A stretch of 64,000 nt of DNA from a bacterium (GTDB taxonomy: Bacteria; Zhuqueibacterota; Zhuqueibacteria; Residuimicrobiales; Krinioviventaceae), in the NCBI GenBank assembly GCA_963675755.2, contig CAXXMD010000003.1:1824001-1888000 (forward strand), given 5' to 3'. The notes under the pieces are model-generated. The model was not told the DNA's origin, did not search any database, and saw only the letters and a list, made by a program, of their open reading frames with translations. Every line of letters starts with the position of its first letter. Within the stretch, counting starts at the first letter, position 1. This document shows, in pieces, positions 49,355 through 61,610 of the stretch. A program made the position numbers and the translations under genes.

Positions 49355-49994
49355 CGCTGACCGCACTTTCCGATTTTGGACTATTGATCAGTCTGATCTT
49401 TTGCAGCAAAGTAGTAGAGTATTTTTCGATATCGAGGATATAGTTTTCAGCACGGTTGGTAAAATAGTTGAACGCAACCAGCAGAGGAATACCAATTACA
49501 AGGCCCGTAGCTGTGGTAATAAGCGCTTCAGAGATACCACCCGCAAGCAAGCTTGCCTGGCCTGTACCCTGTGTAGAAATTACGGTAAATACTTTGATCA
49601 TACCTACAACCGTACCCAAAAGTCCAAGCAGTGGAGAGATTCCCGCAAGCGTTTCAAGAATGGGCAGTCCGCGTTCAAGAACGCGAACTTGTTGACGGCC
49701 TTCGTCATTGATCAGCTCTTTGATCTCTTCCATCGGCTCTGCCTGGTGCTCAAGACCGGTCAGGATGATATTAGCCAACGGGCCTGTGTTTTTTTTGCAA
49801 ATATTTGTAGCCAGCTTTATATCTTCAGTACTGTTGATAGAATCTACAACGGAGATGATTTCCGGTATTAAAATTTTGCCTTTACGCAGGCTGATAAATT
49901 TTTCAATAACAATTGCCAGGCCTATAATTGAGCACAGCAACAGCGGATATATAACGATTCCGCCTTTTTGGAGAAATGATATAGCTTCTGTCAT
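49344..49994 (-). CDS. exbB: MotA/TolQ/ExbB proton channel
   Basis: SPLLGLLGTVVGMI and AGGISEALITTATGL. Confidence 0.92.
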   Translation of the reverse strand: MTEAISFLQKGGIVIYPLLLCSIIGLAIVIEKFISLRKGKILIPEIISVVDSINSTEDIKLATNICKKNTGPLANIILTGLEHQAEPMEEIKELINDEGRQQVRVLERGLPILETLAGISPLLGLLGTVVGMIKVFTVISTQGTGQASLLAGGISEALITTATGLVIGIPLLVAFNYFTNRAENYILDIEKYSTTLLQKIRLINSPKSESAVSDAV

Positions 49995-50018
49995 GAGATG
50001 TCCTGTTCTGTTTCCGGG

Positions 50019-50960
50019 TTAACGATAATTCTGGTAACCAAAGGTCCATGTGATAACCAGCCGATCTTCCGGGAAATCATCCGGAAGCGGTTTGTATGGC
50101 GATGCCGCCTTTAATGCGTTTACACTTGTAGAAATAAATGATTCATGTCCGTCATTTGCAACCAGTTGTGGCTCTTCAATTGTGCCATCCCGATGAACAA
50201 CCATATTGACCACAACTTCACTTTTCATACCGCTGACCGAATAAAAAGCAGATGGCGGGTATATTTTTTCCTGAACTTTGCGTTTTAAATACATGATATA
50301 TGGTGCGTAATTCCAGTTATAGGAACTGAGAGAAATCCCTCCCAGATTATCTGCACTGGATTCCTGATTGTTCCAGTTTGCGTCATCCGTATATCCCAGC
50401 ATACCGTTTTTGTTGTTTTGCTGTTGTCCAAAAAGTACATCCTTGGTGAACTTGGGTCGCATTTGTTGAGAAAACTCGGTCTGTCGCTGCAAAAGGGGAT
50501 CGCTGTCTTTATACGCTTCGGATTGTTCTTTTTGTTCAGAAAACTGGTCGTCCTGGCCAAAATCCTCTGTGGGTTTGTCTTGAGAAGGCGTTTCGCTCTG
50601 TTCACCGGCTTGTTCCATACCGGCAAAGGTGCGGTAGTCGGATATACCTTCGCTAAAAGACATGCCATTTGGCAGATTATTGTCTGCATACATGTCCTGG
50701 GCACGGGCATTTTTGTCCGAATAAAATTGCGCATCATCCGGCGCTTTATCTACGCGGGCCTCTTCCAGGGTTTCTACCACTTCTTTGGGTTTGGGGGGAT
50801 CTTCGAATTCGAATACCAAAGGTTCAGTGATTACAGATTCTGCTTTGGAATCCGGCACCAGCTGTAAAAAGACTGAAAGCGGTCTGTAAAGGACCAGGAT
50901 CAGGATGTGCAATAATATGGATATTAATATTGCTATTTTTATACGATGTTTTTGAAACAA
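50019..50960 (-). CDS. TonB/TolA-family energy transducer
   Basis: N-terminal TM with SILLH, long polar linker, C-terminal ASPYKPLP TonB_C-like domain; adjacent to exbBD. Confidence 0.8.
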   Translation of the reverse strand: MFQKHRIKIAILISILLHILILVLYRPLSVFLQLVPDSKAESVITEPLVFEFEDPPKPKEVVETLEEARVDKAPDDAQFYSDKNARAQDMYADNNLPNGMSFSEGISDYRTFAGMEQAGEQSETPSQDKPTEDFGQDDQFSEQKEQSEAYKDSDPLLQRQTEFSQQMRPKFTKDVLFGQQQNNKNGMLGYTDDANWNNQESSADNLGGISLSSYNWNYAPYIMYLKRKVQEKIYPPSAFYSVSGMKSEVVVNMVVHRDGTIEEPQLVANDGHESFISTSVNALKAASPYKPLPDDFPEDRLVITWTFGYQNYR

Positions 50961-51046
50961 GTGTTTTCCAATTTATTCAGCAAAGCCTTTGGGGTTTTGA
51001 CAAAGGACAATGCGTTATTATTCCCGATTAGTTACGGTCCGATTAA

Positions 51047-51364
51047 TCAAGTGGTCTCTTCTTTGATCCAGTTCAGGTATTCCGCAGAACCACCAATAAT
51101 GGGCAGGGCAATGATTTCCGGTACCTGATAGGAGTGGTTGGTCTGGATCCATTCAACCAGTTCTTCCAGCAGTTTTCTTTGTGTTTTAATGACAACCATT
51201 GCTTCCTTTTCATTTTCAACCTGGCTGTTCCAGTGAAAAAAAGAATCAACGTTGTCTATAATATTTGCACAGGCAATAAGCCGGGCTTTTAAAAGTTTGT
51301 GAATTGTCTTTTCTGCTTCGGTTTTGTCTTTGAATGTTGTAAATACAACGATAAATGATTCCAT
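51047..51364 (-). CDS. cutA: Divalent-cation tolerance protein CutA
   Basis: LIACANI, S.F.W, IKT, HSYQVPEIIALP, YLNWI. Confidence 0.92.
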   Translation of the reverse strand: MESFIVVFTTFKDKTEAEKTIHKLLKARLIACANIIDNVDSFFHWNSQVENEKEAMVVIKTQRKLLEELVEWIQTNHSYQVPEIIALPIIGGSAEYLNWIKEETT

Positions 51365-51515
51365 AAAGTTTCCTGATTTTTTTAATTTATAAAGTAGATG
51401 TAATTGCATAGAAAATCAAGGGTTTTTATATTAAAGAAAAGTTAATAAATGTATATTGAAAGGGAACCCAACCCCGTTATATTCATTGAATACATAACTT
51501 GCTCAGATTGGATGT

Positions 51516-52484
51516 ATGAATAAATCCCTGTTAACAGCTTTGTTGGTTTCCATGCTTGTACATGCTGTATTAGTATGGATGTTGGTAAAAATTCGGTTTC
51601 CGGAGAATCCCGTGCTGGTTTTACACCCCGAATTGTCTCGTGCACTTGAAATGTCAGTGCTGAGACCTTCCTTGCAGACGAATTTAGATCAACAAGCTTT
51701 ACCAGATAAAGTTGTTAAACCGGAACCCGATATGCCTGAAAGCCCGGTACTTCCGGTTTCTGAACCTGAAACCCAAACATCTGATCCATTTACAATTCCG
51801 GAACACGTAATGCAGCCAATAGATTCTATTTATCATGTCACCCATGATACGTTGTTTATGATCGATACGGTATATTTGGCAAAAGGAGAATATAATCCGG
51901 TTCGGGATTCTCTGTTTACTGCCAGGCAGAAAAATCCGTTTTACAAAAAAGACCGGTTAGACCTGCCTCCTGATCAGTTTAATCTGCCCCGTATGCTGTT
52001 TCAGGGAGCAAAAAAGGTCTCCGAGTTGGTTAGTGGTACCTCGGAACCTAAACTGGATTTTATTCCCACCCAGGCAGAGCTGGAGGCGCTTGAGCTGATT
52101 TGGAAACATCACCGTATTACCGGTCAGAATATTTACGCGCAAATGGACACCAGTATTAAGATGTCCAAGCAGGATATGGACCGGATTTTATCTGTGCTTG
52201 TAGACAGGGGCATTTTAAAACGCAAAATTGTTTCCCCTGAATACAAAGTCATGTTGTTTGTGGCAGAAGTAGAGGTGAGCCCCAAAAATCTCAGAAACCG
52301 TGTGTACGAGTATGAACCTTTACTGCCCCGTGATGACATGAAACGGTTTTTAAATGCATTGTATTATCAGCTAAAGACAGGACAGGATGCGGAATTTGTT
52401 AAAGATTCAAAGACATTATACAATACCGAACATGTAAAAAAACTGCTTGATCGGTTTTTTATGGACAGAGAAGAGAGCGAATAG
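51516..52484 (+). CDS. Membrane-anchored protein with Pro-rich linker and C-terminal BlaI/MecI-like winged helix
   Basis: TM with SMLVH; PDKVVKPEPDMPESPVLP linker; TQAELEALELIW...L..LVDRGILKR...YEYEPLLPRDD. Confidence 0.55.
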   Translation: MNKSLLTALLVSMLVHAVLVWMLVKIRFPENPVLVLHPELSRALEMSVLRPSLQTNLDQQALPDKVVKPEPDMPESPVLPVSEPETQTSDPFTIPEHVMQPIDSIYHVTHDTLFMIDTVYLAKGEYNPVRDSLFTARQKNPFYKKDRLDLPPDQFNLPRMLFQGAKKVSELVSGTSEPKLDFIPTQAELEALELIWKHHRITGQNIYAQMDTSIKMSKQDMDRILSVLVDRGILKRKIVSPEYKVMLFVAEVEVSPKNLRNRVYEYEPLLPRDDMKRFLNALYYQLKTGQDAEFVKDSKTLYNTEHVKKLLDRFFMDREESE

Positions 52485-52485
52485 A

Positions 52486-53562
52486 TTACTTGGGGGCTTT
52501 GATCAGTGTAATGATTCCACCAATTCCAAAGATGATATTGGCAATCCAGGCCGCGAAAAATGGAGATATATGTCCGTTATGTCCCAGGGTTTGAAACGTT
52601 TTTACGATGCCGAAATAGATAAAACAAATTGCAAGGCTTATGCCAAATCCGGTCATGGCACTGCCTCTGCGTTTGTGTGAAGCCAGAGGAGCACCAAACA
52701 AAACAATGATAAAGCTGGCAAAGGGAATAGATAGTTTCAGATAGAGATCGACCATCCAACGGTTGGTATCTCCGCCATTTAATTTCACTTTTTCAATAAA
52801 TTCTTTGAGTTCTGCAAAAGACATTTCTTCAGCTTTTTTCAAGACCTTGGAAAGCTCTGCAGGTGTTAGGGAGAAATTTGTCAGAATTTTTTCTGAAAAA
52901 GGTTGGGCAACTTCCTGGTCCGACACAAATTCACGTTCATACCCATCATATAAAATCCAAACACTGTCAGACCACACCATTTTTCTGGCATCAATTCGTT
53001 TGGCCAGAGTTTCACCCTTGAATTCTTTGATGCTGACCTTGTCGCCAGAGTTTTTCGATGCATAAAAGTGTAATATGCTGATCTGTTTTCCGGATGGATC
53101 TTTCATATATACATTGTCTATGCGGGTTCGCCAGAGCTGTTTGTCCTTTTCAATATATTCGTTGTTGATGATTTCTCGTTTTTCAGTAGCTCGTGGCATG
53201 ACATATTCGGAAAAAGCCAGAGAACCCAGACTTGTTAAAAACGCGATTATAAACACCGGCAAGAGAATTCTGTTCAAAGACATACCGGCGGCTTTCATAA
53301 CAATAATCTCGTTTCTTCGTGCCATATTACCAAGGCTGAACAGGCTGGCAAGCAGCATGGCAATGGGAAGGGTAAGCACAATATAATAGGGTATGGTATA
53401 GAGATAATACAATCCAATTATATATTTGGGCACATCGCTGCCAATAAAATTGTCCATTTTTTCTACAAGATCAACCACAACAAACAGGGTGATAAAGGCA
53501 AGCAGAGCAAATAAAACAATGCCGATAAACTGGCGGGATATATATCGATCAAGAATTTTCAT
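52486..53562 (-). CDS. lptG: LPS export ABC transporter permease LptG
   Basis: MKILDRYI, LPIAMLLASL, NEII.MKAAGMS, AAWIAN. Confidence 0.88.
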   Translation of the reverse strand: MKILDRYISRQFIGIVLFALLAFITLFVVVDLVEKMDNFIGSDVPKYIIGLYYLYTIPYYIVLTLPIAMLLASLFSLGNMARRNEIIVMKAAGMSLNRILLPVFIIAFLTSLGSLAFSEYVMPRATEKREIINNEYIEKDKQLWRTRIDNVYMKDPSGKQISILHFYASKNSGDKVSIKEFKGETLAKRIDARKMVWSDSVWILYDGYEREFVSDQEVAQPFSEKILTNFSLTPAELSKVLKKAEEMSFAELKEFIEKVKLNGGDTNRWMVDLYLKLSIPFASFIIVLFGAPLASHKRRGSAMTGFGISLAICFIYFGIVKTFQTLGHNGHISPFFAAWIANIIFGIGGIITLIKAPK

Positions 53563-54986
53563 GCCTGTTGTGTCTTTCTCTTTTTGGATTTATATAGCCG
53601 TTTAAACAGAGCGGGTATGGCAGTCCAGTTAATAAAAGTCGCTTCATGGATGGAATGCACAACCAGGTAAACTCCTCCGGCCCCAACAATGATATTGGCA
53701 AGCCACATGGCCATAAAGGGAGAAATGAGTTTATTGTCTGCTAGTTCCTCGCCGCCAATAAGTGAAACCCAATAGATCAAAAAGAAAGTAAAGCTGATAC
53801 CGCCCGCAACAGCCATATTGCCCTTACGGGCCATAATGCCCAGTGGAGCACCTACCAGTACAAAAACAATACAGGCAAAGGGGATGGAATATTTTTTATG
53901 GACTTCTACCATTAATTTATAATTGCTTCGTTCAAGATTGTTGACAATGTTCATTTCTGCAGTGATTTGTCTTTTCAGGTTTATATTGTCCTGTTTGATT
54001 TTGTTTAATCGACCTTCCGGAGACAAGGGCCTCACCCTGTGCTTGATCAAAGGATTATTCGGAACCGGTGGCGCCATGGGATCTGTTACGCCGTCAAGCT
54101 CCAGGGGAACCTGCTTTTCAAAGTAATTGGTAATCAGATTGTCAACCCGGTTATAGCGTTCTTTTATCATTTCATTATTTTGGCGGACCTCATCCATCAT
54201 CATTTGCGCACTTTTTTCACGGTCACCCCTGTGTTCACTTGAGCTGCGTTCAAGCGACATTCCGGGTATTTCGATGGTTAATCTCTGCTGCGGAAAGGTC
54301 AACCGGGTGTATTTTTCCATGGTTTTAAGGTCTAATTCATGCATTTCACCGTCATAAAGTTCCATAACCAGGTGCGCAGAAGCAGGATTGGCAAAGATTT
54401 TGCCACTCTTACTAAAGATATATTTGCTCTTTTCTTTTTCGCGATTGTCTTCAATCCAAATGGATTTGACATAGGCAGTATCCTGAGTTTCTTCTAGACT
54501 TTGTACCAGAATGTTAATATCAGGAATGTCTTTCATTACCACGCCGGCTTCCAGGTTGAGTGTAGGCCGTTTGCGGGCAATATCGTTTGCCAGCAGGCGG
54601 GTCCGGTGATTGAATTCGGGTAAAACATGATTGTTGAACCAGATTAGCGAAAGGGCTAAAACTATTGAGGCAATGACAACCGGCATGATCATGTGAATAA
54701 TACTGATTCCGCCCGCTTTCATGGCAATGATTTCACTGTCTCCTGAAAGGCGTCCAAAAGCCATTAGCGTGGCTACCAGTACTGCCATAGGCACAGCAAG
54801 TGCTATGATCCAGGCCATGTTGAGGAAAAAGAATTCAAGAATCAGACTGAATTCAAGCCCTTTGCTGAGAATCCGGCCCAATTCGCGGAACACCAGGTTC
54901 ATAAGAAAGACCAGTGTGATAATGCTCATGGCAAAAAGAAAAGGCCCAACATGTTCTTTTAATATATATCGCCAAAGTATAAACAC
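53559..54986 (-). CDS. lptF: LPS export ABC transporter permease LptF
   Basis: RYILKE...PF, GRLSGDSEIIAMKAGG, E.HKKYSIPFAC, MWLAN. Confidence 0.88.
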   Translation of the reverse strand: MFILWRYILKEHVGPFLFAMSIITLVFLMNLVFRELGRILSKGLEFSLILEFFFLNMAWIIALAVPMAVLVATLMAFGRLSGDSEIIAMKAGGISIIHMIMPVVIASIVLALSLIWFNNHVLPEFNHRTRLLANDIARKRPTLNLEAGVVMKDIPDINILVQSLEETQDTAYVKSIWIEDNREKEKSKYIFSKSGKIFANPASAHLVMELYDGEMHELDLKTMEKYTRLTFPQQRLTIEIPGMSLERSSSEHRGDREKSAQMMMDEVRQNNEMIKERYNRVDNLITNYFEKQVPLELDGVTDPMAPPVPNNPLIKHRVRPLSPEGRLNKIKQDNINLKRQITAEMNIVNNLERSNYKLMVEVHKKYSIPFACIVFVLVGAPLGIMARKGNMAVAGGISFTFFLIYWVSLIGGEELADNKLISPFMAMWLANIIVGAGGVYLVVHSIHEATFINWTAIPALFKRLYKSKKRKTQQA

Positions 54987-55309
54987 GGTTTATCCGATAA
55001 TAAAATCAAGAAATTGATTGATAAAATTGCATTAATTAACTATATTTGTGTTCCTGTTGCTTTTTTTGAAAAAACTTTATTATTTTCGGGAACTATTGCA
55101 CAGGAACAAACGATAAAATATAAGCAATTGTGCTCAAGATTACAATTTATTATATGACGAAAATATATATTTGTTCTAAAATTAAATCACAACAGCAAAA
55201 TACTGTTATGTTGGACCAAAGAGGGAGAGGCTTATAGACATTCGTTAGGTTACGGTTTTTTTTAATTCATTAGAGTGATTAACGAACAGACTCACCTGAT
55301 TGTAAGCAC

Positions 55310-58300
55310 ATGGTTCTTTTTATTAACAGGGTCAGAGCGCAGGGGCCTAAACCTGCTATTATATTGCTGTTGTGGATTGGTATGTTCCTTCCATCCCTAT
55401 TACAAGCTCAAGAGACCTATCAAAATCCTGCTTTAGGTATACAGCTCCCGGAACATTGGGACCCGTTGGTGGATATTATTGCCGAAAAACCATTCATGGG
55501 TCTACATATGAATGGTGCGCGTACGCCTATTAGACCCCTGAGTAAATCATTGGGGGGAAGTGTCAAGCGTGAAGTTGAGATTGATTCCACGGGGCAGAAT
55601 GTCAATATTACTGAAAAAATGGGTAATATGGATTTTAACCTGGGAAATTTTTTAACGCTTGAACAATATGTTGAAACACGGCGTCTTTACGAGTTGAAAG
55701 AAAGCTGGCTGCAATCATCTGTAAGCAGTTTGTCAGCAACATCCAGGCGCAGCGGCGGAAGTGCCGGATTCCGTATCGATATACCGGTTGAGATCAAGAG
55801 TAAAGCTTTTCAACAGATCTTTGGTAGCGGTACCGTAGGTTTGGATGTTAGCGGAGAGATCAACATCAAGGGCGGGTTTAGAAACGAAGACCGTTCCGAA
55901 GTAAAAAGCGCATTGAATCGTGGTTCAGACAATAGCTTTAAAATGGAACAAACCCAGCGGTTCAAAGTACAGGGGCATATTGGAGACAAGGTAACAATTG
56001 GTATTGACCAGGACTCTGAACGTACTTTTGATTTTGATAACAATATAAAACTGAAATATGAAGGCTATGAAGACGAGATTATCCAGTCTATTGAGGCTGG
56101 TAATATAGCCCTTTCCTTACCGGGAACAAAGTTTGTGACCTTTGGCGGCCAGAGTAATGGTTTGTTTGGTATTAAAACCGAAGCCACTATTGGTGCTTTG
56201 AAATTAACTGCCATTGCAAGCCAGGAAAAAGGCGAGAAAAAACGGCTTGAATTGAGCGGTGGTGCTACTGCTGAAGCTTCCGATATTCAAGACTATCAGT
56301 ACAAAACCGGTGTGTATTATTTTGTTAGTGAAATTTACAGAGAGCAGTATAAAACCCGAACAGCCCAGGGGGGCTTGACTTATAATCCCGCTTTCGAGAT
56401 CACCGAATTTGAACTCTATGTGTCTGGTACCAACTATGAAGCTGGTAGAACAGAATCTGTGGCAGGTGTCGCCAAAGTTATACCTGATTCCGTATCAACA
56501 TCTCTTGACCAATATCATCCTGAAGCGGATAGGGATAAATACAGGGGCTTTTTTGTCAGACTGGAAAAAAACCAGGATTATACTTTTGATGAACAATTGG
56601 GTTTCATTCGGCTGAATCAGCGGTTGAGTGATGATCAGGTGCTGGGTATTGCTTATAAAGATAATTCAGGTGGCGAATGGGGTTCTTTGAATTTTGATCC
56701 CGAAGAGTCTGATACACTGTATGTGCGTATGATCAAAAATAAAGATCCACGCCCTGCAGACAAGACCTGGGACCTGGAGTGGAAAAACGTTTATGACTTT
56801 GGTCGCGGCACCACACAAGACGGCTTTGAAATGAAGATTTTCTATAAACCTTCATCGGGTGTTGATCAGGAAACAGTAGAGTTGAAGGATGGTACCACCA
56901 TGACCTGGCTGCAGTTCTTTGGTTTGGATAAATATGATGAAAACGGTGATGCCAATCCGGATAACAAAGTGGACATGAATGACGCCCTTATCAGCTTTAC
57001 TACCGGCGAAGTCTTTTTCCCGGATTTGAGGCCGTTTGATCCTACTCGAGAAGAGAATACGGATATGTACGCTTTACTTAAAGATGATATTCGTGACAAG
57101 CTGCTCGAGCCCGAAATTTATGATACAACCGCAACCAATGTGATCAATTCAAACAGCAACTTTTATATTCAGGTGAATTCGCAGACCAGCAGTTCAGAAT
57201 ACAGTCTGGGTATGAATGTGATTGAAAATTCAGAAGAAGTATGCTGAACGGAGTCAAGCAGAACCGCGGGTCTGATTATACCATTGACTATTTCTCAGGT
57301 CGATTAATGATCTTGAATGATGCTGCGTTGGCGGCAAACGCCAATCTCGAAATTTCTTATGAGAGCAATCAGCTCTTTCAGATCGACAAAAAGACCGTTA
57401 TGGGTTTGCGCGCGGAATATGGTTTGTGGGACGATAGTTTTATTGGCGCAACCTTTTTATACCTGAGTGAAAACACTCTGGACCAAAAAGTTAGAGTAGG
57501 CAAGGGCCCCATGCGCAATATGGTTTGGGACGTAAATACCTCTCTTTCTTTTAAACCCTTTTTTCTTACCCGTTTTGCCAACTTTTTACCGTTTGTAGAT
57601 ACGCGTGAACAGTCTACTTTGAAATTTGATGGTGAAATTGCCCAGATTATTCCAAATCCCAATACACGTAACAATGATCTGACAGGTGACACGGACGGTG
57701 TAGCTTATATTGACGATTTTGAAGCATCCAAACGTGAAACTCCCATTGGAATTACCCACCAGAGCTGGGAGTTTTGTTCTCCTCCGGTTGGAAAGTTTGA
57801 TTATGGTACACCGGATTTGCGTGAGCGCGCAAGTATGTACTATTATACACCTTATGCTGCTTATCCCATGAAGTATATATGGCCGAACCGAGACCAGAAT
57901 ACCAATGTGAACAATAGTCTCAATATTTTAAATCTGGTATATGACGCGCCAGACAGTGCGGCTGCATTGGAAAATTATTGGAACGGTATTATGAAAGGTC
58001 TGTCATCCGGTTATTCTGACCAGACTGAAACAAAATTTCTAGAGATCTGGGTCAAGGTTGACTCTACTTTTAAAACAACGGGTAATGCTACCATGCATAT
58101 TGACATGGGTCAGATCTCTGAAGATATTATTCCAAATAACAAGTATGATACTGAAGATATTGCCGAAGGTGCAATTGACGGCAAGGGCGGTATTCGTAAT
58201 GGTTTGCTGGATGAAGGTGAAGATGTGGGCCTTGATGGAATGAGTGATTCCTATGCTATTAATTTAAATCTTCCGGGAGTTGATCAGGACTGGTGGGATC

Positions 58301-61300
58301 TTAATGGAGATAATATAAAAGATCCTGGTGAACCCTGGAGTAATGATAACTGGCGCAATGTACCGGATATTAATAATACCAAAGAACCCACAGACTATAA
58401 ATATATAGATGGTACGGAAAACAATGAGAATGATGGTGTTCGCGAACCCGACAGTGAGGATTTGAACGGTAATGGTGGCTTGGATATTGATAATAATTAT
58501 TTTTCTTATTCTTTTTCATTGAATCGAAACCATCCCGATACCAGTTTGATAGCCGGTAAGAGTATTGATAATGATACCGGTGATGACTGGGGTTGGCGTA
58601 TGTATAGAATACCTATACAGGCTCAAGAACCCGTTATGTCTATTATTGGAAATCCGGATCTGTCCTTGATTGAATATATGCGTATCTGGGTTGACGGATT
58701 TAATACTCCGGGTCGTCATGTGATCCAGATTGCGGAAATTAACCTGGTGAGCAGCGACTGGAAAGAACAGGGTTTGGCTGTTTATACTAATCCGGACTCA
58801 TTTGATGTGGACCAGGATTCTACCGTAACAGTTACTGTTGTTAATACACACGACAATCCGGAATACGATGCACCTCCGGGTGTACAGGGTGAAGTTGATC
58901 AGATAACCCAGGTTATTGCCAAAGAGCAATCCCTTGTAATGCGGGTAACAGATTTAAAACCCGGTTATATTGGTGGTATTGAAAAAACATTTTATGAAGC
59001 CCAGAGTTATATCAACTATAAAACCTTAAAAATGTTTATTTACGGTTATGACTATTCAGCCAGACATATAGGGGCAGACTCTACCAATATTGAGGTCTAT
59101 CTGCGAATGGGGGCTGATGAGAACAACTATTATGAAATCCGGCAACCTGTATACGAGGGCTGGAAAAAGAACAATATGGAAGTGGATCTGATAGCGCTTT
59201 CGCAATTAAAAGTTACCGCTGACACATCTTATACAGATCCGAATAATGTGAATATTACTATACGGGAAAAGAACATCGGAAGCGGGGTGGTCTGGAAACT
59301 AAAGGGTAACCCGGCCCTGACAAAGATACGTATGCTTTCTGCTGGTGTGGAAAATAAACATTGGACTGAAAATAGTGATGGGCAGGATTACGGACTTTTT
59401 ACCGGTGAGATCTGGTTGAATGAATTGCGTTTATCTAATGTGAAAAAAGATAAAGGTATGGCTATGCGTGGTCAGGTAGCTTTTAAACTGGCCGATCTTG
59501 TAACAGTGAACGCGGAAATGAACAAAATGGATGCTGATTTCCATAATGTTCAGGAGCGGTTCGGTTCCGGAGATAATGAGATCAGTGGTAACATTAGTAC
59601 TACGGTCCAGTTGGGTAATTTTATGCCATCCAAATTGGGTCTTCGAATGCCTGTCACGGTTACTTATTCCAAGAGTGAAGAGTCTCCCAAGTATATTCCG
59701 GGTACGGATATTGAAGTAAATAATGATTTGCCACAGGCAACCCTGGACTCGATCAAGACAATCAGCGAGCGCAAAGGTATGAATGTGTCTTTTGGTATCA
59801 ATTCCCGCTCCAAGAATTTTATGGTCAAGCATATTGTTACGCCATTAAAGGTTACATATAGCCGTAACGAGACATTCAGCAAAAACGCGAGCACAGAACA
59901 TGCAAACAATACCTCAGAATCGGGTAGTGTGACCTGGGGGCTCACGTTTGGTCAGAACAATTATGTTAAGCCTATGAAATGGCTGGGTACGTCTCCGTTA
60001 TTGATGAAATTGGCGGATATGAAGTTGTATTTCAGTCCTAAAACCATTACAACGTCTCATGCAAGTTCACGCAACAAGAACAACACTTTGACCTATTCGG
60101 GAGTGAGTACTAAGAACGGTACGTTTGTAATGTCGCGCAAGTATGCCATGACCATGAATATTACAGACTCGTGGTCATACGATATAAACCGTTCATATAC
60201 CCATGATCTGCGTGGTGTGAATATGGATACATTACAGATCATGCTGCAGGAATGGAAATGGGGTTTGTTGACCAATGTAGACAACTCTTTTAATATGAAG
60301 TTTAACCCCAAGATTTTTTCATGGTTTACAACAAACTTTACATACAATACAACATTTAAATATGGTTACAATAAACAACAGGCCCTGGCTCCACGCAGTG
60401 CAAGTCAGAACAGGACCTTGTCTGCAAGTGGAGATCTAACATTAAGCACGCTTGCCAATTCTATTTACAAGCCGGGTGGTGGTAATAACCGTAACAGAAA
60501 ATCAGGCGGTGCGCGTGCAGCCCGGCCAAAACCGGCTAATGGAGAAGAGCCCAAAGAGGAAGAAAAAGAAGGTAGAACTATAAATATTGATGTGATGAAA
60601 TTGACTGCCGGATTTTTGAATGTGTTTGAACCCTTTAGAATTTCTTATAACACAAGAGATAATGTATCTGAGTATGGTTTAGCGGGTATGCCAACTCTGA
60701 GTTACCAGTTTGGAATTTCAGACACAACCGGAGCAGGTATTGAGGAGGCTTTGCTGAGCGGTGAAGGAAGTACCTCCAGTTTTAACCGTGGCTCAAGTAG
60801 TGAATCCAAAAGCACCAGCGTGAATTCCGGATTAAAGCTGAGTAGAAATATGACATTTCGATTCAAGTATGATCAGAACTCAAGCTTGAACACCAGCAGC
60901 AAAACCACAACTGGTCAGCGTAGTAACAGTTATTATAAAGATGTTGGCGGGCCTTTTCCGGGTTGGACAGTATCTGTAAAAGGATTTGAAAAGTTACCAT
61001 TTGTTAAAGACTATTTTACGCGTGTAACCCTTGATCACAACTTTACCGGCTCTACCGGTGAAACTTTTGATGTAGAAGCAGATACTAATGGTGTGATGCG
61101 TGAAAATATCACTAAAGAAGATATGGATAACAGTTTCAGACCGTTGATTGGTGTTACCATGGCCATGAAAAATGGTATTTCTTTGAATTTCAAATACAAT
61201 ACTTCTGACAAACAGTTGATCAACAGATCGTATAGTCAGACAATCAAGAAAACAATTTCAGATGATATTTCAGTAACCGCAACTTATTCAAAACGTGGTA

Positions 61301-61596
61301 ACTTTAAAATACCTCTGCCATTCTTTGGTAACAAACGGTTAAAAAATAATATAGATATCTCTTTGACCTACTCTCAAAGTTTGAACAAGCAGGATGATAG
61401 TAAAAACGGTATCAACTTTACAACGACTTCGGAAACAAGCAAGTGGATGTTGAAACCGGATGTAAATTACAGTTTCAGTGACAAGGTACGCGGTGGATTG
61501 TTCTTTGAGGTCGGTAAAACGCACAACAAGTTGCTGGGTGATACCTCTTATAAAGAATTGGGTATAACCGTTAATATTGCTATTCGTGGTAACTAG
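55310..61596 (+). CDS. sprA: T9SS outer-membrane translocon SprA/Sov, split by one frameshift near 57240
   Basis: FDFDNNIKLKYEG.EDEIIQ.IEAGN, LFGIK, DYTIDY..G, YIDDFE, IWLNELRL. The two ORFs (55310-57247, 57241-61596) join as EEV-MLNG. Confidence 0.88.
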
Positions 61597-61610
61597 GTAT
61601 TGGTTTGTTT

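Noticed and set aside
48720-49871. 383-aa plus-strand ORF
   Set aside because: Antisense shadow of exbB/exbD and the hydrolase start; no recognisable motifs.
55040-55112. Imperfect inverted repeat between lptF and sprA as a riboswitch
   Set aside because: Only a weak TGTTCCTGT/ACAGGAACA pairing, with no recognisable aptamer consensus.
57238-57247. Selenocysteine or stop readthrough at the sprA TGA
   Set aside because: The continuation is in a different frame, so readthrough would not restore the protein.
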